Source: Syntrophorhabdaceae bacterium (GTDB lineage: Bacteria; Desulfobacterota; Syntrophorhabdia; Syntrophorhabdales; Syntrophorhabdaceae). From it: a stretch of 64,000 bases of DNA. The stretch covers positions 96,001 to 160,000 of the forward strand of contig OY762209.1 of the NCBI GenBank assembly GCA_963665295.1. The letters run 5' to 3'. Within the stretch, counting starts at the first letter, position 1. Every line of letters starts with the position of its first letter. Below are positions 49,014 to 59,605 of this stretch, piece by piece. Both the position numbers and the translations under genes were made by a program. Below the pieces are notes generated by a model. That model was not told where the DNA came from and searched no databases. It saw nothing but the letters and a program-made list of their open reading frames with translations.

Positions 49014-51599
49014 ATGAATTGGGAAAAATTGACCATCAAGGCTCAGGAGGCTATTGCCGAGGCACAGAAGAAAGCGGAGAGCTCTAATCATCAGATGATC
49101 GAGGGGGAGCACCTCCTTTACTCGCTCCTCACGCAGAAAGAGGGGGTCGTGAGACCGGTCCTCGATAAACTCGGGGCAAGCGCAGACGCGATCATATCGG
49201 AGCTGGACAAGGAAATGCAGAGAATGCCCCGGGTGGAAGGGGGCGCACAAGTTTATATATCTCCAAGGCTGAAACAGATACTCGATACGGCCTTTACCGA
49301 GGCGGAGAGGCTCAAAGACGAGTATGTGAGCACGGAGCACCTCCTCATAGGCGTGGCGGAGGTGCCGGAAGGACCCGCTTACTCCATACTGAAACGCCAC
49401 GGGGTGACCAAGGACGGGATATACACGGTCCTCAAGGATATCAGGGGTTCACAGCGCGTAACGGACCAAAACCCCGAAGAGAAATACCAGGCCCTCCAGA
49501 AATATGCGAGGGACCTCACGGAAGAGGCGAGGAAAGGGAAGCTCGACCCCGTCATCGGAAGGGATGAAGAGGTGAGGAGGGTCATGCAGGTCCTCTCCCG
49601 GAGGACCAAGAACAACCCCGTTATCATAGGGGAGCCCGGCGTGGGCAAGACCGCCATCGTGGAGGGACTGGCCCAGCGTATCGTAAGCGGGGACGTGCCG
49701 GAGACATTGAAGGACAAGAAGGTCCTCGCCCTTGACCTCGGGGCCATGCTCGCAGGCGCGAAATACAGGGGCGAGTTCGAAGACAGACTCAAGGCGGTAC
49801 TCAAGGAGATCGACGAGGCTGCAGGCACGGTTATCCTTTTCATAGATGAACTCCACACCCTGGTGGGAGCGGGAGGCGCCCAGGGCGCCCTGGACGCGTC
49901 GAACATGCTGAAACCGGCCCTCGCAAGGGGCGAGCTACGTTGCATCGGCGCCACGACCCTCGACGAATACAGGAAGTATGTGGAGAAGGACGCGGCCCTG
50001 GAAAGACGGTTCCAGCCCGTGGTGGTGGGAGAACCTTCAGTCGAGGAGACCATCGCGATCCTGAGGGGCCTCAAGGAACGGTACGAACTGCATCACAAGG
50101 TACGGGTCAAGGACTCCGCTCTCATCGCGGCGGCAACCCTCTCGCACCGGTATATTACGGACAGGTTCCTTCCCGACAAAGCCATAGACCTTATCGACGA
50201 GGCGGCGTCGAGGCTCAGGATGGAGATAGACAGCGTCCCCACGGAGATCGACGAGGTAGAAAGAAGAATCATACAAATCCAGATCGAGATCGAGGCGCTG
50301 AAAAAAGAGAAGGACCAGGCGTCAAAGGAGAGAAGGACAAAGCTCGAAGAAGAGCTTAAAGGCCTCAGCTCCGAGGTGGCGGAGAAGAGAAGCCACTGGC
50401 AGAAGGAGAAGGCCCTTATCACCGGCATAGGCGAGACAAAAGAGAAGATCGAAAAGGCCCGGATAGAGGCCGACGAACTGGAGCGCAAGGGCGATTTCGG
50501 AAAAGTCGCCGAGATCAGATATGGCCTTATCTCCTCTCTGGATAAGGAACTGCAGGAAAAGAACCAGCAACTCCTCGACCTGCAAAAGGACAGGAAGATG
50601 TTGAAGGAAGAAGTCGACGAGGAGGATATTGCCAAGGTGGTCTCCAAGTGGACGGGCATACCCGTTTCGAAAATGCTCGAAGGGGACATGGAAAAACTCG
50701 TAAGCATGGAAGAAAGGATGCACCGCAGGGTAATCGGACAGGACGAGGCGATCGAGGCCGTGGCCAACACGATCAGGCGGGCCAGGGCCGGTCTCCAGGA
50801 CCCGAACAGACCTCTGGGCTCTTTCCTCTTCCTGGGGCCCACCGGCGTAGGCAAGACCGAACTTGCCAAGGCCCTCGCGGAGTTCCTCTTCGATGACGAG
50901 CAGGCCATTGTCCGTATAGACATGAGCGAGTTCATGGAGAAGCATTCCGTGTCCCGTCTGATCGGCGCGCCCCCCGGCTACGTAGGCTATGAAGAGGGCG
51001 GGTACCTGACCGAAGCGGTGAGAAGGAAACCCTATTCCATTATCCTCATGGACGAGGTGGAAAAGGCCCATCCCGAGGTGTTCAACGTGCTCCTTCAGGT
51101 CCTCGACGACGGCAGGCTCACCGACGGACAGGGCAGGACCGTTGACTTCAAGAACTCCGTCATCATCATGACATCGAATATGGGGAGCCAGTGGATAACC
51201 GAACTCGGCGGCAAGGATTATGAAGAGATGAAAAGAAGGGTCCTCGAGACGGTGACGGGTCATTTCAAGCCCGAGTTCCTGAACAGGATCGATGAAATGA
51301 TCATCTTCCGGTCCCTCACCGAGGACGACATCAGGAAGATCGCCGACCTGCAACTCGGCTTCCTCGCCCTGCGAGTGGCCGACAGGGGTATCGATCTCTC
51401 CTTTACGGAAAAACTCAGGGCCCTGGTGGCAAAAGAGGGGTACGACCCTGTATATGGCGCGCGGCCCCTGAAGAGGCTCATCCAGAGAAAGCTTCAGGAT
51501 TCCCTCGCCCTCAGGATACTGAAGGGAGAAATAAAGGAAGGCGACAAGGTAACGGTGGACGCCGACGCAAAAGGCAACGTAGTCTTCAAGACCGCCTGA
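49014..51599 (+). CDS. clpB: ATP-dependent chaperone ClpB
   Basis: Two AAA+ modules ([16 protein letters not shown]), KYRGEFE, long coiled-coil middle domain, GARPL; 861 aa. Confidence 0.97.
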   Translation: MNWEKLTIKAQEAIAEAQKKAESSNHQMIEGEHLLYSLLTQKEGVVRPVLDKLGASADAIISELDKEMQRMPRVEGGAQVYISPRLKQILDTAFTEAERLKDEYVSTEHLLIGVAEVPEGPAYSILKRHGVTKDGIYTVLKDIRGSQRVTDQNPEEKYQALQKYARDLTEEARKGKLDPVIGRDEEVRRVMQVLSRRTKNNPVIIGEPGVGKTAIVEGLAQRIVSGDVPETLKDKKVLALDLGAMLAGAKYRGEFEDRLKAVLKEIDEAAGTVILFIDELHTLVGAGGAQGALDASNMLKPALARGELRCIGATTLDEYRKYVEKDAALERRFQPVVVGEPSVEETIAILRGLKERYELHHKVRVKDSALIAAATLSHRYITDRFLPDKAIDLIDEAASRLRMEIDSVPTEIDEVERRIIQIQIEIEALKKEKDQASKERRTKLEEELKGLSSEVAEKRSHWQKEKALITGIGETKEKIEKARIEADELERKGDFGKVAEIRYGLISSLDKELQEKNQQLLDLQKDRKMLKEEVDEEDIAKVVSKWTGIPVSKMLEGDMEKLVSMEERMHRRVIGQDEAIEAVANTIRRARAGLQDPNRPLGSFLFLGPTGVGKTELAKALAEFLFDDEQAIVRIDMSEFMEKHSVSRLIGAPPGYVGYEEGGYLTEAVRRKPYSIILMDEVEKAHPEVFNVLLQVLDDGRLTDGQGRTVDFKNSVIIMTSNMGSQWITELGGKDYEEMKRRVLETVTGHFKPEFLNRIDEMIIFRSLTEDDIRKIADLQLGFLALRVADRGIDLSFTEKLRALVAKEGYDPVYGARPLKRLIQRKLQDSLALRILKGEIKEGDKVTVDADAKGNVVFKTA

Positions 51600-51604
51600 C
51601 AACA

Positions 51605-51633
51605 AGGGGGAAGGGGGCAATCCCCTTCCCCCT
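51605..51633 (+). terminator. hairpin after clpB
   Basis: GGGGAAGGGG-GCAA-TCCCCTTCCCC. Confidence 0.6.
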
Positions 51634-51669
51634 CTATCCTTCCCCGGTCAATCCCGCCCAAGTTTCTTC

Positions 51670-51698
51670 TTGACACCGGTGCCAGGATATTATAAATT
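51670..51698 (+). promoter_or_regulatory. sigma70 promoter of tRNA-Val
   Basis: TTGACA-N17-TAAATT. Confidence 0.75.
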
Positions 51699-51710
51699 TT
51701 CACATCAATT

Positions 51711-51785
51711 AGGCGCGTAGCTCAGTGGGAGAGCGCTACCTTGACACGGTAGAGGTCAGGGGTTCAATACCCCTCGTGCCTACCA
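51711..51785 (+). tRNA. tRNA-Val(GAC)
   Basis: Acceptor AGGCGCG/CGTGCCT, anticodon arm CTACC-TTGACAC-GGTAG, T-loop GTTCAAT, encoded CCA. Confidence 0.97.
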
Positions 51786-52225
51786 TTTTTTTGCCGATTT
51801 TCGGAAATCCTATTACGATAGGTTTCATCCCACAACCTCCAGCCTCTTCCCGACGCTCCTTCAAATATGTCCCGTGGGACACACCTTGTTCATCGTCACA
51901 CCGCCATTGCGTGGGGTGCCGCAACCTTGGCGCGTACCGAAGGCATCATAACTCAACCTGACGATTCCCTGTTTGCTAAAACGGCGCCTCGTGTTATACT
52001 GCTGCTATGGACGGCAGGGAGCCCGTCGGAAAAGGGTATCCTTGCGCTCCGCCTGTCCGGAGTATCGGACGGCCCACATTGCAGTGTGATAAGATTGTGA
52101 TGAAAGGATCACGATAGACTGAAACGGACGGAATGGAATCAGCCGTATGGATGGACTTAACAGTAGTGCGATCAATGGCTTTGGTAAATACGACCCATAT
52201 GTCAAGGGCTTTTACTTCTCCCTTT

Positions 52226-52273
52226 CTGCTGCGAATCCGGGGTTGCAGGTTCGATTCCCGTTGGACGCGCTCA
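52226..52273 (+). pseudogene. degenerate 3' half of a tRNA-Arg-like gene (possible att remnant)
   Basis: CTGCTGCGAATCCGGGGTTGCAGGTTCGATTCCCGTTGGACGCGCTCA: anticodon loop, T arm and acceptor strand but no D arm. Confidence 0.5.
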
Positions 52274-52378
52274 AAGCACGGCCACGGGGGCGATCTTTTG
52301 TCCTTGTCCAGGTTGGCGCTATCCCCTCTCAGTCTTGATATGCCGGGGCCGCCCCACCAGTGAGGAATACGAGCCGCC

Positions 52379-53416
52379 ATGAATGCACCTGACTCAGACC
52401 CGACACAGGAACCCATCGACGCCGTCTACACATGGGTGAACGGCGATGACCCGGAGGTGCGGGCAGCCTTGGAGAGCCGGCGGCAAGGTCCCGTGGACGT
52501 GCACAGCTCGGGCGTCCGCCGTTTCCGGGACAACGGGGAACTCAGGTATTCCCTGCGTTCCCTGGAGCAGCACGCCCCTTGGGTCCGCAACGTCGTCATC
52601 GTCCATTCCGGAGCCCCACCCGCATGGCTGGACACAACCCGTCCCGGCCTGCGCACCGTGCGCCACGAGGAGATCTTTCCCGACCACGCCGCGCTGCCCA
52701 CGTTCAATTCATGGGCCATTGAACTCACCCTGCACCTCATTCCCGGCCTCTCACGGCGCTTCCTCTATCTGAACGACGACTTCTTTCTGGTCCGGGACAC
52801 ACCGCCCGCGTGGTTCCTGCCCGCGGATGGCCCTCCGCGATTTTTCTTCGAGGACAATGCCATTCCGGTAAGGGGCGCCTCCCGGAACGTGACCGACCGG
52901 GCCTGTGCCCATACCCTCCGGTACCAGCCCTGGAAGGGATCGCGTCACAGCCCTGCACTGGCCCGTTCCCGCACCGGCTGGCGCCGGTTCCTGGGCATCG
53001 CCCCCTATCGCAACAAGACGGCCCATGTCCCCCAACTCTACGACCGGGACGTGATCTGCGATCTGGAGGCCCGTTTCCCCGCGGAGTTTCGTGCTACCCG
53101 GCATCACCGTTTCAGGGCGCCGGACGACCTGGCCCTGCAAATCCTGTACGCCTACACCGGACTGGCGTGCGGCCGGTTGCAGGCGGTCCGCCTGGACTGG
53201 GATTCACCGGACTTCCTTTTTGTCCGTCTAAGGGATGACCCGGAGTTGAGCAGGGGGGCCTTGGAGCGCCTGGAGCGAGAGCGGCCGAGATTCGCGTGCG
53301 CCAACGACGACGTGGTCTCGGAAGCCCCCGACCCGCCGGCCCTTGTCTACTGGAAGGAGGTCATGGCCCGATGCTGGCCCCGACCCTCCCGGTTCGAGCG
53401 GGGTCCGGCTCCATGA
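52379..53416 (+). CDS. Stealth family hexose-1-phosphate transferase
   Basis: CR1 [13 protein letters not shown]2 [32 protein letters not shown]3 HVP...T.HHRFR..DD; CR4 FACAND. Confidence 0.92.
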   Translation: MNAPDSDPTQEPIDAVYTWVNGDDPEVRAALESRRQGPVDVHSSGVRRFRDNGELRYSLRSLEQHAPWVRNVVIVHSGAPPAWLDTTRPGLRTVRHEEIFPDHAALPTFNSWAIELTLHLIPGLSRRFLYLNDDFFLVRDTPPAWFLPADGPPRFFFEDNAIPVRGASRNVTDRACAHTLRYQPWKGSRHSPALARSRTGWRRFLGIAPYRNKTAHVPQLYDRDVICDLEARFPAEFRATRHHRFRAPDDLALQILYAYTGLACGRLQAVRLDWDSPDFLFVRLRDDPELSRGALERLERERPRFACANDDVVSEAPDPPALVYWKEVMARCWPRPSRFERGPAP

Positions 53417-55134
53417 CCGGCGGGAGTCGCCGCCGACTGCGCGCCCTTTCCATTCTGCTGGGCATGACAGGCTGGGGCTGGATGGCCCTGGCCCTGAGCG
53501 CCACCGTGGCGCAGGCTCTCATGGAGAACCTCATGGTGGTGGCCCTTATCCTCCTGGCCTATGCCCTCGGGATCCTGGATTTGGCGCGCCTCCCGGCCTG
53601 GCTGCCGCACCGGCCGGCGGACTGGGGAACGGCCATGGTGCTCGTGAGTCTGACGCTCCTGGGACTGGTGCGTTCCGGAACCCAGGCCACCGCTGCCTGC
53701 GCCCAGCACGCCGTGCTGGAATGGGTACGGGCGCGCATTCAGCGGCTGCAGGGGTACCGCATGCTCATGCTGCCGGCCTTGCCCCCCGTGGCCTTGAGTG
53801 AGGCCCATCTGATGATGGGGGACCATCTGAACAAAGCCACGAACTGGTGCTTCCACGGCGCGCAACTGGTCTCCTCCGCGCTGATCGCCGCCTCGTTCCT
53901 GCTCGCCCTGTTTCTGCTGGCCTGGAAGAACGCACTACTGGCTTCAGCCTGTCTGGCCGTGCTGGGCCTGTTGGTCAAGGGACTCAACCGCGCCATCCTG
54001 GCGCTGGCCGTTCACATCCCCCGACACCGGACGGTCCTCGAACAGGCCCTGGTGCGCATCAGCCGGAACCGCGTCCTCATCCGGGTCATGGACCTTCAGG
54101 AAGCGGAGCGCCGGCACTTCGACGATTCCGTCTTGGACTACTTCCGCTCCAGTTGCCGGACCTTCTGGCTGCGGGACGTCGCGACCGCCTTATTGCCTCT
54201 GCTCGGTATCCTCGTGATCGCACTCATGGTGGGAGTCAACGTCACATTCATCCACACTCCGCCCGTCACGCTCATGAGTTCCATCTACCTGTTCCTGGCC
54301 CTCACGCGCCGGATGGCCGGTGTCGTGGACAACGCCGGGGGGATGATACAGGCGCAGATGCCTTTCGACCGGGCGGCGGACCTGGTCTTTGCCATGGACG
54401 GACCGCACCGGGCACGGGCGTTCCGGGAGACGCCGACGGACCCTGCGGAACCCGGAAAGCTGCTCCGGCCGTCCGCGCCGCCTCCGGCGATCATCCTTCG
54501 TGGCGTGAGTTTCCGCTGGTCCGGGGCCCGGAACCCGATCTTCGAGGGCTTGGACCTGCACATCCCCGCTGGAAGCCGGTTCGGCATCGTCGGTCCCAAC
54601 GGCAGCGGCAAGACCACCCTGCTCCACCTGATCCTGGGGCTGGAGGAGCCTCAAGCCGGGGAGGTCCTGGTAGGCGGGATCCCTGCCCGCGACTATGCGA
54701 CCCTCGGTGGTCCCGTGTCCTACGTGGGGACGGAGAACCTGCTGATTCTGGGCAGCGTTCGGGACAACCTCGTGTACGGCGTGGCCGGGCGTCCGGAAGA
54801 CGCCGACCTCCGCCGCGCTCTGGACCAGGTTGGGTTGGGTCCGTGGGTAGGCAGCCTGGCCAGGGGTCTGGATCACCCTCTTGGAGAAAACGAAGAAGGT
54901 CTCTCTTCCGGCCAGAAGCAACGCCTCTCCTTGGCCCGGGCCCTCCTGCGAAACCCCTCCCTGCTGGTGCTGGACGAAGCGTCCGCCAACGTCGATACCC
55001 GCTCGGAACTGGAGTTGGCCTGTCTGCTCGACACCATTGCCCCGACGTGCACCATCCTTATAGTCTCCCACAAGCCGGGAATCCTGTCCGGCATCAGCCA
55101 TCGCTTCGAGCTACAGGAGCCGCTGCATGACTAA
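53413..55134 (+). CDS. ABC exporter (fused TMD-NBD, MsbA/PglK-like)
   Basis: About six TM segments, [26 protein letters not shown] overlap with the Stealth gene. Confidence 0.88.
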   Translation: MTGGSRRRLRALSILLGMTGWGWMALALSATVAQALMENLMVVALILLAYALGILDLARLPAWLPHRPADWGTAMVLVSLTLLGLVRSGTQATAACAQHAVLEWVRARIQRLQGYRMLMLPALPPVALSEAHLMMGDHLNKATNWCFHGAQLVSSALIAASFLLALFLLAWKNALLASACLAVLGLLVKGLNRAILALAVHIPRHRTVLEQALVRISRNRVLIRVMDLQEAERRHFDDSVLDYFRSSCRTFWLRDVATALLPLLGILVIALMVGVNVTFIHTPPVTLMSSIYLFLALTRRMAGVVDNAGGMIQAQMPFDRAADLVFAMDGPHRARAFRETPTDPAEPGKLLRPSAPPPAIILRGVSFRWSGARNPIFEGLDLHIPAGSRFGIVGPNGSGKTTLLHLILGLEEPQAGEVLVGGIPARDYATLGGPVSYVGTENLLILGSVRDNLVYGVAGRPEDADLRRALDQVGLGPWVGSLARGLDHPLGENEEGLSSGQKQRLSLARALLRNPSLLVLDEASANVDTRSELELACLLDTIAPTCTILIVSHKPGILSGISHRFELQEPLHD

Positions 55135-56323
55135 AGGACTTCACTACGTCTCCTTGAGGGGAAACACCGGATACTTCACCGCCGCCCGCCGCCTCATGCA
55201 GGCCCTGGCGCAGGCCGGCGTGAATCTCACCTGGACGCCCGTCTCCAGCGATTCCTCCCGACCGGGGCCCGATTTCTCTCCCGGAGCCGGCGACAAGGAC
55301 CCGGGCCTGGCCCCCCTCTACCGTCGGGCGCTGGACTGCGACACCGTCCTGCTGCACACCCTGCCCGAGAATATGCCCTACTGGCTGGACCGGAAAGGGG
55401 ATAAGCGCATCGTGGGCTACACGGTCTGGGAGACCGACGTCCTGCAGACCCACTGGGCGCCCATCCTAAACCGGCTGGACCACCTCCTGGTCCCCTGCAT
55501 CTGGAATCGTGACCTGTTCCGGGACCAGGGCGTACGGGTCCCGATCAGCGTGCTGCCCCACCTGCCCGGGCCGGCTCACCCCGCGCCCCACGTCCGCTGG
55601 GCCGCCATCCCCGACGAGGATCTCGTCTTCTACTGCATCGAGACGTGGTCGATCCGCAAAAACCTGGACCAGGCCATAGTCCTCTTCCGCCAGTGCTTCA
55701 CTGCCGCCGACGGCGTCCGTCTGGTCGTGAAGACCACCTCATGGCCGGAGGGGAAAGGGGTCCTGGACCGTCCCGCTTTCCGTCCCTTGCGGCCCTTCAG
55801 GTCCCTCTTGCGCCGATTGCCGCTTCCGCTGAAGAAGCGAACAGCCGAACTGTTGAGAGAGACGGCAGCTGCACGCCTGCGGAGCCTCGAAGCCCTCACC
55901 CCCGGGGGCGCCCCCGTGGACCTCGTCACCGACGATTTGACTTGGGCTGAAGTGGAGGGGCTGCACCAGCGGGGAGACTGCTACTTCTCTCTGACTCACG
56001 GCGAGGGCTTCGGGCTGGGTCCCTTCGACGCCGCTGCTGCCGGAAAGCCGGTGATCGTCACAGGCTGGGGCGGCGTGCTTGACTATCTGGATCCAACCCA
56101 GGGCGGCCTGGTGGACTCGGATCCCGTCCCCGCGTGGAACAGGCCCGAGAGCGGCTGCTGGGTCCAACCGAGGCTCTCCCACGCCGCTGCCCTCCTGCGC
56201 GCCTTTCGCGCCGATCCCGAATCGGCACATCGCAGGGCCGAGGAGGCCCGGACCGGCATACACGAACGCTTCGGAGCGGCCGCGCTCATCCCCTTCCTGA
56301 AGGAGATCCTCGGCCATGACTGA
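55127..56323 (+). CDS. glycosyltransferase, GT4-like
   Basis: GYTVWETD, RKN, GEGFGLGPFDAAAAGKPVIVTGWGG. Confidence 0.85.
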   Translation: MTKGLHYVSLRGNTGYFTAARRLMQALAQAGVNLTWTPVSSDSSRPGPDFSPGAGDKDPGLAPLYRRALDCDTVLLHTLPENMPYWLDRKGDKRIVGYTVWETDVLQTHWAPILNRLDHLLVPCIWNRDLFRDQGVRVPISVLPHLPGPAHPAPHVRWAAIPDEDLVFYCIETWSIRKNLDQAIVLFRQCFTAADGVRLVVKTTSWPEGKGVLDRPAFRPLRPFRSLLRRLPLPLKKRTAELLRETAAARLRSLEALTPGGAPVDLVTDDLTWAEVEGLHQRGDCYFSLTHGEGFGLGPFDAAAAGKPVIVTGWGGVLDYLDPTQGGLVDSDPVPAWNRPESGCWVQPRLSHAAALLRAFRADPESAHRRAEEARTGIHERFGAAALIPFLKEILGHD

Positions 56324-57149
56324 ACTCCTCATCCCGAACCAGTACCTGTTCGTCTTCGGCCTGCGCCGCCAGTACAGGCCCTTCCACATCGCGCACTACC
56401 TCTGCATCGAATCGTGCTTCCAGGTGAACCGCCCCGACCGCATTCTGTTCTTCTACAAGCATGAGCCCTGGGGACCGTGGTGGGATCTCGTAAAGCCCAG
56501 ACTCACCCTGGTGCGTGTCGCCTCGGACGCCCGCAGCTACGGGATCCGCTACGGGTGGCGCCACCGCGGCTGCCGCCGCTACCGATACGCTCATGTAGCC
56601 GACTTCGTCCGCCTCGAAAAACTGCTGGAGCTAGGCGGCATCTACACCGATATTGACACTTTGTTTGTCCATCCACCTCCCCCGGAACTGAGGGCCATGC
56701 CGTTCGTGCTGGGTCGGGAGAACGACATTGTGTGCCAGGCGACCGGCCGGACACTGCCCTCCCTCTGTAATGCCCTGATCATGTCCCGCCCTCGCGCCGA
56801 ATTCGGCCGGCGCTGGCTGCAGGCTATGTCTCAGGCCTTCGACGGCTCCTGGAGCAACCACTCGACCCTCCTGCCCCAGCGCCTCAGTCTGGAGATGCCC
56901 CACGCACTCCACATCGAGCCGGCGCGCACCTTCTATCCCTACATGTGGACCCGGGAAGACCTACGCACCCTTCTGGAGGGCTGCCGGCAGGATACCACAG
57001 GCATCGCCAGCATCCACCTATGGAGCCACCTCTGGTGGGCCCGCGGCCGCCGCGACTTCTCCAACTTCCACCAGGGCCTCATGACCGAATCCCACATTCG
57101 GCAGGTGGACACCACCTTCAATCTGCTTGCCCGCCCCTTCCTCCCGTAG
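56316..57149 (+). CDS. DXD glycosyltransferase (GT32/OCH1-like)
   Basis: IPN, AHVADFVRLEKL.ELGGIYTDID, CNALI, IHLWS. Confidence 0.85.
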   Translation: MTELLIPNQYLFVFGLRRQYRPFHIAHYLCIESCFQVNRPDRILFFYKHEPWGPWWDLVKPRLTLVRVASDARSYGIRYGWRHRGCRRYRYAHVADFVRLEKLLELGGIYTDIDTLFVHPPPPELRAMPFVLGRENDIVCQATGRTLPSLCNALIMSRPRAEFGRRWLQAMSQAFDGSWSNHSTLLPQRLSLEMPHALHIEPARTFYPYMWTREDLRTLLEGCRQDTTGIASIHLWSHLWWARGRRDFSNFHQGLMTESHIRQVDTTFNLLARPFLP

Positions 57150-59303
57150 ACAGGCGTCCAGCGCTTCAAGGGTAAAACCGGCGCGCACCAGTTGGAGGGC
57201 CCGAGCCGCCAGGGTCCTGCCCAGGGCGGGCTCCCGTCTCAGGCGGGCGCAGGCTTCGGCGAAGGCCGAGGGTGCATCCGCCACCAGGCAGTGGACCCCG
57301 TGTTCTACGGGCAATCCCTCCAGAGCCACGGAGGTAGCCACCACCGGGACCTGATGGGCGAAGGCCTCGAGCACCTTGATCCGGGTCCCGCCCCCGCAAC
57401 GGATGGGAGCCACCACCACATCCGCCGCGGCATACTCCGGCCCCAGGTCTTCCACCCAACCCGCCCATGTCCAACGGTCGTCGCCTCGTGCAGGACGTCT
57501 CCAAGGGAACCGTGGCCGCGCGCCCACCACCCGCAGGCGCCAGGCCACGCCCGACGCATCCAGAGCCGGTGCGAGGTCTTCGGCAAAATGTTTCAGGGCA
57601 TCCTCGTTGGGGAAGTAGCCCAGGGTCCCCACGAACAGGAGGGCAAGGCTGCTCCCGGGCGCTGTCACGGGCCGGACGGGCTTGAAGGGTACAGGAACAA
57701 CGTTCGGCAGGACGCCGACCTGCGTGCCGGGAAAACGCCGGGCGAGGGCGGCCGCGTCCGCGGATGAGGCGGCAAAGACTTTCTGAACCCGCGGGAGGAA
57801 GAAGTCCTCCACGCACCGGTACATCCGGGCTTCCCGCAAGCACAATAAGGCCTGCCTGCGCTCTCCTCCGCGACGGTGCGCCAAGGCCATGGATAGACGG
57901 GCCTTTGATTCCAGGTCGTCCATGTCCAGCCAGGCGGCGGCCAGGGGAAAGCGACGCATGAGAACCTGCGCCGGCGGCGACATGTAGAGGCGGAAGATGT
58001 GGATCCGGTCGAAGGGCTGGGAGCGATTCCAGGCCCGAGTTTTCCAAAGGTGGTCCAAAGAGGCCATCTCCCCGGCGAGGGCGTCGCCGCGCCGGCGCCG
58101 CCACCGCCACCACAAACGATAGCTCCAGCCCGTGTGCGGGGTGCGGGGGACAATCTCGATGTCCCGGCACAGGCCACTCAGGGAAGCGGGAATCCGAGCC
58201 TCGCCCGGATGGGGCAAAAACAGGAGCAGGTGTACGGCGTGGGTCCGGGCCAGGACCGTCAACTGGTGGTAAGGCCGCATGCATACGCCGGGCCCGAAGG
58301 GGGAGGGTACCGTCCCGCAGACGAAGAGAAGGGAGGGCCGAGCGCTCTGCACTCCGGCTCGAAAGGGGGGTGCGGCGCGGACCGGGCGCCTCCATGGCCG
58401 TACTCCCGCCCGGGCCAAGCGCCTTCCCACCAGGAAGCAGACGGCGCGGACGGCGAAATCAGGCCGCCTCAACACGAGACGAATGATCTCGGGATTGCGC
58501 CACGCGCGCCGGGCGCGGTGCAGGGCTCCAACACGAACCTTGAAGGCAAGGCAGGGATATTTCCCCTCCAGCGCCTTCAGCATCAGGGGAAGGTGGGGGG
58601 TAATGGAAAGCATCGGCGCGCCGTCCGCTATCAGCTTGCGCCGGGCGGCGGAGGTCTGGTCCGGATGCTCGCGGACCGCCACGAAAGCGCGCTCCGCGAG
58701 TGCCGGGGGGCGCGTCGCACGGAACAACTCCAGCCAGAAGAGGGTGTCCTCGCCGAACCTGAGATGCGTGGGAAACCGGCGAGGGCCGATCGCCTCCCGG
58801 CTCACCAGGCAGGACCCGACGGCGACTCCCTGGGTGAGCAGGGCAGATACAGGGTCCTTCCGGTAGGCCCGGAGATTGAAGCCGGTGATCAGGTCCCGGG
58901 GATAGGAGGTACTCCGGCCGTCCTGGAAGCGCAGCGCGCGGCCCAGGACCACCTGGGCGCCGTCCTCGCGGGCCGGCAGAGCCTTGAAGCAGCGCTCCAG
59001 AAAGTCCACGAACAGGATATCATCGTCATCCAGGAAAAGGATCCAGTCCCCTCTGGCGACCCCCAGCCCCACGTTCCGGGCATGGCCCGTTCCGTGGTTC
59101 CGGTCCAGTGCAATGAAGCGTACGCAGTCGTGCAGTGTCGTGAGGCGCACGATGGCCTCCCGGGCGTCCGGGTCCGAGCCGTTGTCGATCACCAGAATTT
59201 CAAGGGGCGGCAAAGTCTGGTTGATAGCCGACAGGATGGCCTCACGCAGGAAGGCAGGCCGGTTCCGACTGGGGATGATGACTGAGACCGTGGGAAGAGC
59301 CAT
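57018..59303 (-). CDS. fused GT2-GT4 glycosyltransferase
   Basis: VSVIIP.RNR, IDNGS, ARNVG, FLDDDD (GT2); FVGTLGYFPN, GGGTRIKVLEAFA..VPVVAT (GT4); start may extend to 59378. Confidence 0.85.
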   Translation of the reverse strand: MALPTVSVIIPSRNRPAFLREAILSAINQTLPPLEILVIDNGSDPDAREAIVRLTTLHDCVRFIALDRNHGTGHARNVGLGVARGDWILFLDDDDILFVDFLERCFKALPAREDGAQVVLGRALRFQDGRSTSYPRDLITGFNLRAYRKDPVSALLTQGVAVGSCLVSREAIGPRRFPTHLRFGEDTLFWLELFRATRPPALAERAFVAVREHPDQTSAARRKLIADGAPMLSITPHLPLMLKALEGKYPCLAFKVRVGALHRARRAWRNPEIIRLVLRRPDFAVRAVCFLVGRRLARAGVRPWRRPVRAAPPFRAGVQSARPSLLFVCGTVPSPFGPGVCMRPYHQLTVLARTHAVHLLLFLPHPGEARIPASLSGLCRDIEIVPRTPHTGWSYRLWWRWRRRRGDALAGEMASLDHLWKTRAWNRSQPFDRIHIFRLYMSPPAQVLMRRFPLAAAWLDMDDLESKARLSMALAHRRGGERRQALLCLREARMYRCVEDFFLPRVQKVFAASSADAAALARRFPGTQVGVLPNVVPVPFKPVRPVTAPGSSLALLFVGTLGYFPNEDALKHFAEDLAPALDASGVAWRLRVVGARPRFPWRRPARGDDRWTWAGWVEDLGPEYAAADVVVAPIRCGGGTRIKVLEAFAHQVPVVATSVALEGLPVEHGVHCLVADAPSAFAEACARLRREPALGRTLAARALQLVRAGFTLEALDACLREEGAGKQIEGGVHLPNVGFGHEALVEVGEVAAAAGPPEVAP

Positions 59304-59605
59304 TGGCGGCGTCAATCGGTCAGCCGTTGACTGTTGTGCCACGTCGTGGACACTCAGGCTGCTCAGCGTGATTTGCACTCCGATTCCTCAACTTTCTTCT
59401 CCCGGAAAGGTTTCAGTTTCCGTTCTTAACACCGATAGTCGCCGCTATGCATTCCATCGCGGCATCTGATGGAACTGAGACGCATTCTCCGGGGATATTG
59501 AATTGCAGATCACTCCTAACAGAGTGTATGACATGCCGCTTCTTCCGAACCTTATTATACCGCATGTTTGCCGCTTATGTCACTAGCCCCAACAATGCAG
59601 CAAGT

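Noticed and set aside
59412..59438. sigma28-like TTCA-N15-ACCGATAG on the plus strand
   Set aside because: Points only at an ORF largely antisense to the acyltransferase; could be chance
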